Below, piece by piece: positions 7,617-15,864 of a DNA stretch of 18,210 nucleotides. A program made the position numbers and the translations under genes. The notes under the pieces are model-generated. The model was not told the DNA's origin. It saw nothing but the letters and a program-made list of their open reading frames with translations, and searched no databases. This stretch comes from Nitrososphaeria archaeon (GTDB lineage Archaea; Thermoproteota; Nitrososphaeria; JACIWG01). The stretch's first letter is position 1, and each line of letters starts with the position of its first letter. Location: positions 1-18,210 of the forward strand of contig CAVVXT010000015.1 in the NCBI GenBank assembly GCA_963752255.1, written 5' to 3'.

Positions 7617-8824
7617 CTTGACTTTCTATGACTGCACCACTGTCTACCTTGAGAACCCAGCCTCTTAGTGCTCCTGCCTTTAATGCTGCTTTCAATACTT
7701 TATCACCTGAATAAGGGTCTTTAACTAATCCTATAAGGCAGCCTCCAAGACCTGCACCACTGATCTTCACGCCAAATGCTCCATCTTTAACCATCACATT
7801 CCTTATTCTTTCTAACTCGGGCAGACTCAGGTCATACATGTCTCTCATCATTATATGCTGCTCATTCATTATTTCTCCCATTTTTTCGAGTTCTGTTTTA
7901 ACCTGCCCTGATTTTATCAGCTTAAGTGCTTGCGTGGTGGAAGCATGTGCTCGAAGTGTGTAAAGTATTCGATTAGCAGCCGTTTTATCCAATTGCTTAA
8001 GATAGGGAGCAACCTCCTGTTCATTTATGCCTTCCCATTTGGGTTCATCAAATCTGTAGCCAAGTCTTTCCTTAAGTATGCCCGGGACATCTGGGGAGCC
8101 CATCAATTTTTTTAGGCCTCTATTGATATCTTCTTGTCTTCTAGGATGTATATCTGCTGTACTATGTCTTATGCCTGAATCTGCTGTTACGATATCTATG
8201 TCTTCAAGAGGTAAGAGTTCTACATCAACGGGAGGCCTAGTCTTCAACAATATCGCCTTACCGTAAGAGGAACCATATTGGTCGAGACGGCCGCAGGGGA
8301 TGCCTAAAACCCTGTTTTCTGAGATAAAGCATTGTTCTGCCTAGATCTTTACATGATAGCCTAAGATCATAATAGTTGTTCAAGAGTGTGGCAAAAGCCA
8401 CTTCGAGTGCCGCACTACTTGCTAAACCACTTGCGATTGGAACATCGCTTTTAATCAGTACTTCTAGGCCGTCATCAAATGTTTTTCCTGTGAAGGCTTG
8501 TAAAGCCAAGAGGACGCCCCTTAAATAATTTCCGAACCAAGTGCCATTCCTCAAAGCTAGATTATTTAAATCAAATTCATCTATATATTTTGTTTCCAGC
8601 TTTTCTAAATCCAAGCTGATTATCCTAAACCTTCTCGGAAGTATACGTGTTGCAAACATGTAGGTTCTTAGGTTAACGCCTATAGGAACAACTGGCAATC
8701 CTTTGTAGTCCTGATGGGTGTTAAGGAAGTCGGCTCTACCAGGCGCAGAAGATATAAGAAATGGATGAACCCCTGTTCTTCGCAATATCAATTTGTACAT
8801 AGATTTCTGGCTTTCTTTAGACAT
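7609..8824 (-). CDS. galK: Galactokinase/GHMP sugar-1-kinase, with one +1 frameshift at ~8340
   Basis: SAPGRADFLNTHQDY, PIASGLASSAA and GVKISGAGLGG. Deleting one G at 8340/8341 joins the two track ORFs via AEQCFISENRVLGIPCGRLDQYGSSYG, giving 404 aa. GGAGG RBS at 8833-8837. Confidence 0.88.
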
Positions 8825-8865
8825 AATTCAGACCTCCTAAACCAAGAAGATTTTGGTAGCTCCAA

Positions 8866-8885
8866 GATATAAATTGTTTTATATC
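8866..8885. promoter_or_regulatory. Perfect 8-4-8 inverted repeat overlapping the galK BRE/TATA; candidate operator
   Basis: GATATAAA-TTGT-TTTATATC. On the minus strand it contains AAAACAA-TTTATAT ~43 bp upstream of the galK ATG. Confidence 0.5.
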
Positions 8886-9021
8886 GTCACATACAGACAG
8901 ATTAATTTACTGTTTATTTGCACTTTTCCATATGCTTTAATCTATTAATCTTACTGGGAAAGATGCTCTGGATAGGTTAGACCCGAACCTATTTATGTAC
9001 GAATTCCCCTCAACTCGTTTC

Positions 9022-10122
9022 CTATCTTCTTCTTGATAATGAATAGATCAATGCTGTTATAAGTATCACAATTACAAACAGAAGCCCGTATATAATTAAA
9101 TCTGATTCATCTTCTTTTAGTAAAGTAGTCGTGGTCGTTACTGTTTCCGTATCTGTATCAGTTTTTGTTGTTGTAACAGTAGTTGTCATTAGTGTTGTTG
9201 TCGCTGTTGGCGTTGTAGTCGTTACCGTAACCTTTGATGTTGTGGGAACAGTAGTTGTAGGCTGCAGGCTTCTGAAGTAGTCTATCAGCTCTTGGTTGTA
9301 CGCTAACAGAAGGGCTGAGGTCGTCTCCACATTCGCTGTACCGTATATGGACCCGTTGAAATAGCTCTGTGAAGCTATGCCGCCATTCTCCTTCTGATAG
9401 GACCAGGCGACACTTTCAACTGAATCGTATATCGAAGAATTGTAGCCAAGAGCCTTGACCGTAAACAGGTACAGTCCAAGCTTGTAGTTCTGATACCTTC
9501 CATCCGACTTGGCAGCCTTATCCAAGAAGCCATGGCCATCCCACATGCCTTCACCGGTCTTAAGAAGCTGGGTCGCGTTCTTACTATCTCCGTTAAGGTA
9601 GCAATTTAAGGATAGATAGAAGCAGAGGTCAGCGTACTCCTTTGCGTCATAGAAGACTCCACCGTCACCCGGCTGATGTCTGTCAGCCCAGATTGTGTAG
9701 TTTACGCCATCGTAAACGAAGAAGCCGACGCTGACATCTCTTTTTCCATAAATAGTCGTGGTGACGTTTTTGCCTAAAACTACTTCGAACAGATTAGCGT
9801 TACCGTATTCCTTGATGTACGGCGCAATTGTCCCACTGATGTTCCCTGCGATATTAGAGTTGAAGGGCTTGAGCGCCTGAGAAGCCCAGAGGTTGTCATC
9901 ATATATCCAAAAGGTTCTATAACATGGTGTCCCGTCTGGAACATTGCTTCCGGTGTCCTCCGATTCGCTTACAAGCCCTATCCTTGGATCGTACCTTTTG
10001 ACTATGAAATTGGCTGCGTTCTGAAGCCTCCGGTCACCGGTTTTGACCTCAGCCTTTCCAACACCAGCGTATAATGTTAAAAGCATCAAGACTATCAGAG
10101 AGCATGAAAGCGCTTTTTTCAA
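9022..10122 (-). CDS. Secreted, C-terminally membrane-anchored surface protein; possible (alpha/alpha)-barrel glycosidase-like domain on a Thr-rich stalk
   Basis: Signal peptide MKKALSCSLIVLMLLTLYAGVGKA-E, an aromatic/acidic-rich domain (FWIYDDN, YQNYKLGLY, WSYQKENGG, NVETTS), a Thr-rich linker at ~9124-9260, then a TM helix and RRR. Confidence 0.8.
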   Translation of the reverse strand: MKKALSCSLIVLMLLTLYAGVGKAEVKTGDRRLQNAANFIVKRYDPRIGLVSESEDTGSNVPDGTPCYRTFWIYDDNLWASQALKPFNSNIAGNISGTIAPYIKEYGNANLFEVVLGKNVTTTIYGKRDVSVGFFVYDGVNYTIWADRHQPGDGGVFYDAKEYADLCFYLSLNCYLNGDSKNATQLLKTGEGMWDGHGFLDKAAKSDGRYQNYKLGLYLFTVKALGYNSSIYDSVESVAWSYQKENGGIASQSYFNGSIYGTANVETTSALLLAYNQELIDYFRSLQPTTTVPTTSKVTVTTTTPTATTTLMTTTVTTTKTDTDTETVTTTTTLLKEDESDLIIYGLLFVIVILITALIYSLSRRR

Positions 10123-10221
10123 TTTTACTCGTCATCCCAACTATCCTAATGCGGTAATATTGATCGTTACATTCATCCATATATATCTTTAAGAATAGAA
10201 TAATAAGAAACTTACAAATTT
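10120..10221 (-). repeat. Copy 2 of the ~100-bp repeat; the promoter/5'UTR of the surface-protein gene
   Basis: The minus strand reads TAAAGATATATATGG (BRE/TATA-like) ... GGGATGA (RBS-like) ... TTG start at 10122. Confidence 0.95.
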
Positions 10222-10290
10222 ACTAACTTTAAATTTGGTGATAGAATAAAAAATGGAATGTGGCTAGTTGATCTTAGCCTATTTAGTTTA

Positions 10291-10647
10291 TCACGTTTTC
10301 TTTTTTGGTTCAAGTATTTTAGTTTCTCCTGCCCCACGTAAAAGCCAGCAGGTTACAGGTTCAGGTGTCATATAATCCATCATCTGTTCCCAGACTTTCA
10401 ACGCAATCGGATTTTTTTCTATATTAACAAGTGAGCTATCAAAGTCAGCGTAGTTGGAACATTCCCACAATTGTGCACCAACGTATGGTCCAAATCCTGC
10501 AGCATAGAAGTATGTTCCCATATATTTGAAGCCTTTCGGCGCATGCTCAGACAAAGTTTTTTCGTTTTCCTTGATAAATTTCTGAAACTCCTTTGGCAAC
10601 AGACTTGCCCGAATCAAAAAAACTAAATGTTGAAAAAGGCTTTGCAA
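10291..10647 (-). CDS. Small hypothetical protein, probable dimeric alpha/beta-barrel (NIPSNAP-like); start uncertain
   Basis: PKGFKYMGTYF...GFG...QLWECSNYADFD pattern. The track start (10755) overlaps the opposite-strand gene, so TTG 10647 was chosen. The 5' end may be truncated. Confidence 0.65.
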   Translation of the reverse strand: MQSLFQHLVFLIRASLLPKEFQKFIKENEKTLSEHAPKGFKYMGTYFYAAGFGPYVGAQLWECSNYADFDSSLVNIEKNPIALKVWEQMMDYMTPEPVTCWLLRGAGETKILEPKKKT

Positions 10648-10672
10648 CTCAATGATAGCTGAGGAGAATTGC

Positions 10673-11167
10673 TTGAAGATTCTGGTTGCATATGATACAG
10701 TTTCAGTGAATAGAAACACGGAGGAGGTTGCCAAGGCGATTAGTGGTGTTCTCAAAGAAAGAGGGTTTGATGTTTACTGTCTTTATGTTAAGAATCATGA
10801 CCCGGCAGGTGTGAAGAATTATGATTGTGTCTTAGCTGGGTCGCCTACGCAGTGGCGGAGGGCAACTGGGCCTATCATGCAATTTCTGGACAGGTTTGGC
10901 AAAGACGAGTTTTCTGGAAAATTTGCCGCGGCATTTGACACGCAGCTACAGATGCGGCTCAGTGGAAACACTGCAAGTGGGATAGAAAAGAAGCTCGAAA
11001 AACTCGGTTTCAAAATAGTCATGCCATCTTTGGTTACTTACGTTCAAAACAAGAAGGACGTCGAAGGCAGGAATGAAATCCACCTGAAAGACAGAGAGCT
11101 AGAGGAAGCGAAGAAATACGCGGAAGACTTAGCAAACAAGCTCAAAACAATGGTAGTAGGAGGATAG
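10673..11167 (+). CDS. Flavodoxin-domain protein
   Basis: KILVAYDT...NTEEVAKAI, YDCVLAGSPTQ and KFAAAFDT. A GAGGAG RBS precedes TTG 10673 (alternative ATG 10652). Confidence 0.9.
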   Translation: MKILVAYDTVSVNRNTEEVAKAISGVLKERGFDVYCLYVKNHDPAGVKNYDCVLAGSPTQWRRATGPIMQFLDRFGKDEFSGKFAAAFDTQLQMRLSGNTASGIEKKLEKLGFKIVMPSLVTYVQNKKDVEGRNEIHLKDRELEEAKKYAEDLANKLKTMVVGG

Positions 11168-11217
11168 AGTGATATTAATGAGTTTAAGTTAACAGTTTTG
11201 GCGCAATATCAGCGTGA

Positions 11218-11973
11218 TCAGCTTGTTTTTTGCCCAACTAGCAAAATATCTCTGGCTTCCTTCTTCTTACTGTCTATCCTGTTGACTATGTGGAAAAGCC
11301 TATAATCTAACAACTTGTACCCTGAATCTCTCATGGTATTCTGAATGCTCTTTGTCGAGAAGAAATGGAGTGGTAAGATATTGCTCTTGTTAGAAATCAA
11401 TGAATTAAATTCCTCTTCACCGATCTTTTCTTCAATTAACTCTTGCCCTATCAAGTACTCTTTGGCGAAATAATCTTGGTTTTTGGCGTGGGTGGTCATT
11501 ACGAACAGGGTTCCGTTCGCTTTGGAGAGAATGCCAAATTTTTGTAGCACCAGTGGGACAGAGTCCGTGTTTATGTGTTGGAGCAAATGACTACATAGAA
11601 TGGCATCTATGCTGACTCTTGGCCACGATAGTTCTTCAATTGAAGTTGTTTCAAACACCACTTTGTCTGCAAAACCGCGGCTTCTTACGAGGTTTTTGGC
11701 TTTCTTAATTTGGGCGGGATCACGATCATTTGCCAAAATCTTGTCAAAGTAGTCTTGGAAACGAGGCAGTAACCTACCCGTTCCACAACCAGCATCTAGC
11801 AGCCATGATCCGGGAAACTTCTTCATATATTCTTCAATTATGTTTAGAATCTTTTTTTCGCTTTTCTCCCATTGCAGCCTGCCAGACGTTCTTTTCATAA
11901 TAAGGGAGGTTGTTATTTTGTCCTCAGCATCTGGATACGTATAGACTTCTTCGCCCACATTCTCTTTCGTCAA
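11218..11973 (-). CDS. Class I SAM-dependent methyltransferase
   Basis: LLDAGCGTGRL motif I and IDAILCSHLLQHI; AGGAG RBS before the TTG. Confidence 0.9.
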   Translation of the reverse strand: MTKENVGEEVYTYPDAEDKITTSLIMKRTSGRLQWEKSEKKILNIIEEYMKKFPGSWLLDAGCGTGRLLPRFQDYFDKILANDRDPAQIKKAKNLVRSRGFADKVVFETTSIEELSWPRVSIDAILCSHLLQHINTDSVPLVLQKFGILSKANGTLFVMTTHAKNQDYFAKEYLIGQELIEEKIGEEEFNSLISNKSNILPLHFFSTKSIQNTMRDSGYKLLDYRLFHIVNRIDSKKKEARDILLVGQKTS

Positions 11974-12011
11974 GTTGTCAACTCCTGAGCATTAAGCCAA
12001 CAGCGCCATTC

Positions 12012-12992
12012 TTAGTTTTGTTTCTCCATTTTCCTATAAACTTTAAACGTGTATTTGTTTGGATCGTCATGCCAGTTGCCATCCTCCGTTTGACAGGTCA
12101 TGAAAGCATACCATTCTTTGCCTATATTTATTTCATCTATTTTCTGCTTAACGTTTCTATCTTTGCAGCTTACCTCAATTGCCTTTTCGTCTGAAATTAG
12201 AACGGATTCACCAGATTTGACAACACGACCTGGTTGCACGGTGAAGTCGTAAGTGAAAGGTCCTCCGGTGGGGGTTCCAAGGGGCGGTCGCACCGCGATA
12301 ACAATGCTAGTGAGGGTAACAGGTATGTCACCTTCATTCTTGAGAACCCCAGACATTGTGATCGGAGTGTCTTCGTGTACTTCTGGGGGAAAGTTCAACT
12401 TTTCATATCTTATCGGGAATGGGTTGATCCATGGTTCTTTTGAGCTTTCACTTCCTATCTTCGTAAACTTCTGGATTAGCTCCATTGTGTTTAAGGTAGC
12501 TTTTCTAATTTCGATATTGACCTCCTTGATTTGTTCTGTGTTGAGTTCGAATTTGAAATGTTCATCAAAATTCAGTATCTGTTTCATGTATGCATTTGAA
12601 GCAAGTTGAATTTGAACTTGATCACCCAAGCTTGTCTGGACTCTGTTCATTGCAAAAATAAACACTGACAAAATGTCTGCGACCCCTGTCGCTGAAAGTG
12701 CAGCGGTGACTTCGAATTTTCCTCCCAATGCACTATAAAATGCTCCCCCAAACAGAGCTACGCCCATACCAATTAGAATCCAGTTCATTAACAATATCGA
12801 CCAAAATGTTATTCTAACTCTATTTATTATTCCATCAAACCTCCTGTTTGCTTCCTGCACAGACTTATTGATCTCCGCTAACATTAAGCCATGTTGAATA
12901 GCTTGTTGCGTCATTTGGGCAGATTTCTCAGTGGAGTCTTCAGTTAATTCTGCGGGATTTTGTGGTGCGTCACTCCCATCAGATTTTGTCAT
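12012..12992 (-). CDS. Hypothetical membrane protein: N-terminal coil, two TM helices, helical segment and C-terminal beta-sandwich/Ig-like domain
   Basis: Hydrophobic segments FWSILLMNWILIGMGVALFGGAFYSAL and VTAALSATGVADILSVFIFAM, plus ITMSGVLKNEGDIPVTL (CARDB/Ig-like strand pattern). ATG 12992 preferred because TTTATTAA lies ~28 bp upstream. Confidence 0.7.
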   Translation of the reverse strand: MTKSDGSDAPQNPAELTEDSTEKSAQMTQQAIQHGLMLAEINKSVQEANRRFDGIINRVRITFWSILLMNWILIGMGVALFGGAFYSALGGKFEVTAALSATGVADILSVFIFAMNRVQTSLGDQVQIQLASNAYMKQILNFDEHFKFELNTEQIKEVNIEIRKATLNTMELIQKFTKIGSESSKEPWINPFPIRYEKLNFPPEVHEDTPITMSGVLKNEGDIPVTLTSIVIAVRPPLGTPTGGPFTYDFTVQPGRVVKSGESVLISDEKAIEVSCKDRNVKQKIDEINIGKEWYAFMTCQTEDGNWHDDPNKYTFKVYRKMEKQN

Positions 12993-13189
12993 ACAGTTGA
13001 ACTTGAACCTATTGGACCTTAATAAACCTAAGACTAATAACCTTAAAAGCAATTCATAGTATCTTCAAGTATTCTTATTGCTTGCTATTTGGATAACAAA
13101 AAACTGATTCTGGCTGCTGTTAGTTCGCATCTTTAAGAGGTAAGACTCCAAGAAAAACTCCTTAAAACAGCTAAGGCTTGTCCGTCCTT

Positions 13190-13774
13190 TCAGAAATGTT
13201 CGTATGAAACGATTTCACTGAGCTGTTTTCTGCAAGGGGGGATCGGCTCAGTCTTTGCATATCCAAGTTGAACAATGCAGGCTATTTTGTACCTTTGGCT
13301 TGTGTTTAGAATACGTTTCAGTTTGTTTTCTTCGTTCCTGTTCAAGAATGTGTACACGCAGCTGCCAAGTCCTTCATCCGTGGCTGCCAGCAGCATGTTC
13401 TCAACAGTCATCCAGACCGAGCCCAAAACAATTTCATCGCTTATATTCTCTTGTAACTTGTAGAATACTATGACAAGAATCGGGATGTCTCTTAGGTGCG
13501 ATTTGTCCCATGATCCACCGCGAGCGGCAAGATATTTAGCTCGTGCAGGTGAAAATTGCTTCCAATGCTCCTTACTAAAGCTCGTGCAGTTACTTGCTAT
13601 CTTCGCCTTGATCTCACGATCGGTAACCACTAGAAAATGCCAGGGCTGACTGTTGCCAGCCGATGGAGCCCAACGCCCAGCTTCAAGCACTTTTCCCAGA
13701 GACTCTTCGGGAATGGCGTCTTTCTTAAATTTTCTAATGCTCCTCCGTTTGACGATTACTTCTTTGAATTCCAA
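13190..13774 (-). CDS. Nitroreductase family protein
   Basis: RRSIRKF, AGRWAPSAGNSQPWHF, ENMLLAATDEGLGSC and LGY; AGGAGG RBS and TTTATAA box upstream. Confidence 0.95.
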   Translation of the reverse strand: MEFKEVIVKRRSIRKFKKDAIPEESLGKVLEAGRWAPSAGNSQPWHFLVVTDREIKAKIASNCTSFSKEHWKQFSPARAKYLAARGGSWDKSHLRDIPILVIVFYKLQENISDEIVLGSVWMTVENMLLAATDEGLGSCVYTFLNRNEENKLKRILNTSQRYKIACIVQLGYAKTEPIPPCRKQLSEIVSYEHF

Positions 13775-13959
13775 CGCTGTGGCCTCCTTTTAAAACCATT
13801 ACACGAAATTAGCTTATAAATTTGACCGAAAGAAAGTGAGGCACGACCGATCAACAGTGCCATCAAAAAGAAAGAGAGGCTCAGTTGATAAGTGAATCCC
13901 GTCCAATGCCCCACCACATCTTCCACTGCTTCTGTTTTGCCTGAAGCACACTTCTAAGT

Positions 13960-13975
13960 TGGGATACTTATCCCA
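13960..13975. promoter_or_regulatory. Perfect 7-2-7 palindrome upstream of the stand-alone methyltransferase; candidate regulator site
   Basis: TGGGATA-CT-TATCCCA, immediately 5' of GATAAGACTTAAAG (BRE/TATA-like). Confidence 0.4.
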
Positions 13976-14032
13976 GATAAGACTTAAAGGAGACAGAATT
14001 TTTAGTATTTACTAGGAAGGACGAAGTCGACT

Positions 14033-14545
14033 TTGCCTTGGTACGGATCACACCCATTTCTTAACGAGTATATCCGCGGGAACCGCTGTAGGAGGATCAT
14101 GGAGATCGGCGTCTTAAATGGTGAAAACGCCAAAGCTATGGTTGAAGCTGCCATAGAAAATCTTCCACCCGAAGAGGTGGAGTATTATGGGTTCGATTTT
14201 TTCAGAAACTACAGTTTAGAGCAGGTGGAGAAAAAGCTTGAAGGGACCGGCTGCAAGTTTAGGCTTTTCAAGGGAGATACCTCGGATACCCTTCCCAGGT
14301 CCGTTAAAGCTTTACCTAAAATGGACTTGATATTTATCGACGGAGGCAAATCCTACTCTGAAGCCAATAGTGATTGGACCTGCTCAAGGCTTCTTATGCA
14401 CGGTAAAACAGTGGTTTTTGTCCACAACTACGATTTCTCAGGGGTGCAAAAAATGGTTGATGAGATACCAAGGGATAGGTATCGAGTAGAGATCATCCAT
14501 GCACCTAATGATGAAGATACAGCTGTAATCAAGGGAATATCTTAA
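14033..14545 (+). CDS. Class I SAM-dependent (O-)methyltransferase, stand-alone paralogue of the domain in 3720-4544
   Basis: Same motifs as the fused copy; AGGAAGGA RBS-like sequence before TTG 14033. Confidence 0.88.
   Translation: MPWYGSHPFLNEYIRGNRCRRIMEIGVLNGENAKAMVEAAIENLPPEEVEYYGFDFFRNYSLEQVEKKLEGTGCKFRLFKGDTSDTLPRSVKALPKMDLIFIDGGKSYSEANSDWTCSRLLMHGKTVVFVHNYDFSGVQKMVDEIPRDRYRVEIIHAPNDEDTAVIKGIS
14051..14545 (+). repeat. Copy 2 of the ~495-bp direct duplication (partner 4050-4544)
   Basis: Direct sequence comparison; weak similarity extends ~8-10 nt past the stop (GGAGA). Confidence 0.97.
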
Positions 14546-14693
14546 AACGGAGACTTTACTCGTGAGTTCCCGTAATTTAACGTCAGCACATTGTGCATGA
14601 AAACTGTTAAACTTTTCAAGGTTGCTCGATGGTAGTTTTTGATCTTCAAAGTATTTATAGGAAATGGAGAACGAGTCCAATTAATGAGAATTT

Positions 14694-15629
14694 ATGGTTA
14701 AGTTTGGTCTGTATTTACCTGTTTATGGCGGATGGATTCGCTCCTCTGTCAACGAAAAAGAGGAAACACCTGCATACAGTTATATAAGACAGGTGGCAAT
14801 TGAAGCAGGAAAGATAGGCATAGACTCTCTCTGGATTCCTGACCATTTATTAAATCCGATAAAAGGGGAATCATCTGCTTCCTTAGAAGCTTGGACTGTT
14901 GCAGCAGCCATTGCTGAAGTAACAAAGAAGGTGATCATAGCTCACACAACCCTCTGTGAAGCTTTCCGTTATCCAGCTGTTCTGGCAAAGCAAGCTGTCG
15001 CACTAAACGGGATAAGCAATGGCAGGTTCTGGCTTAGTATCGGAGCGGGATGGTTCAAACGTGAATATGAGGCCTACGGATTACCCTTCTACGAACATGA
15101 CGAACGTATAACTCGAACAAAAGAAGCAATTCAGATCATCAAAAAGTTATGGAAAGAAGATGGGGTAACCTTCAAGGGAAAGTATTATCAGATAGAAAAC
15201 GGAGTTCTTGAACCAAAGCCAAATCCTATTCCACCTATCTGGTACGGAGGGGTGACAGAAGCCTCCCGAAACCTTGTTGCCGAAGAAGTTGACGGCTGGC
15301 TCATGAATGAAAGTACCGTTGAAGAAGCTCAAAAGAACATTAATGACATGAACGAACGTTTGAAAAAGAAAGGAAGGAGCAAGATACAGTATGGTGTTCC
15401 CGCCGATACTCTAATTAGGGAAACTGACAAAATGGCCATAGAACATATGACGCAAATACACGGAGACAAAAAAAGGCTGGAGCGAGTCTTGAATACAGGG
15501 TTAATAGGTTCTCCCGAGACCGTGGTTCAGAAGATAAAAAACCTCGAGAAGTCGGGAATAAATCACATCCTGCTAAAACTTTCTCCAACTCTAAAAGAAT
15601 TGAAGCAAATTAAAGGGATTATTGGCTGA
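14694..15629 (+). CDS. LLM-class (luciferase-like) flavin/F420-dependent oxidoreductase
   Basis: KFGLYLP, DSLWIPDHL, LEAWT, RYPAVLAK, SNGRFWLSIGAGW, FKGKYY and LIGSPETV. Confidence 0.93.
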   Translation: MVKFGLYLPVYGGWIRSSVNEKEETPAYSYIRQVAIEAGKIGIDSLWIPDHLLNPIKGESSASLEAWTVAAAIAEVTKKVIIAHTTLCEAFRYPAVLAKQAVALNGISNGRFWLSIGAGWFKREYEAYGLPFYEHDERITRTKEAIQIIKKLWKEDGVTFKGKYYQIENGVLEPKPNPIPPIWYGGVTEASRNLVAEEVDGWLMNESTVEEAQKNINDMNERLKKKGRSKIQYGVPADTLIRETDKMAIEHMTQIHGDKKRLERVLNTGLIGSPETVVQKIKNLEKSGINHILLKLSPTLKELKQIKGIIG

Positions 15630-15864
15630 ACGTGCCATACCAAAATTCTGGAGAAAGGTATAGCATCATCGAAGTTTCAAGGTCACAGGCGTGCGCTGAT
15701 TCGCCTTTCAAAAGCTTGTAAGCCTAAGGGGTTGAATCTATACAAGTTTACTTTCTTACCAATAAATTACAAACTTTAATCAAAAGATGTTTACATAATG
15801 AAGTTAGTAATATATAATGATATTCCTATAATAACTTTTATAGCATTTCCATAAGAGTTGTGGT

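Noticed and set aside
9124-9260. GTT/GTA/GTC-rich low-complexity tract as a DNA repeat element
   Set aside because: Explained by the Thr-rich stalk of the surface protein.
5412-10221. 100-bp repeats as CRISPR repeats, IS ends or att sites
   Set aside because: Only two copies, 4.7 kb apart and in direct orientation. There are no spacers, cas genes, transposase, integrase or tRNA, and one copy is clearly a gene's promoter/leader.
10648-10755. N-terminal extension of track ORF 10291-10755
   Set aside because: Overlaps the well-supported flavodoxin gene on the opposite strand.
4050-14545. MTase duplication as a diversity-generating retroelement template/variable repeat pair
   Set aside because: Mismatches are not adenine-specific (many are C/T third-position changes), both copies are coding, and there is no reverse transcriptase in the window.
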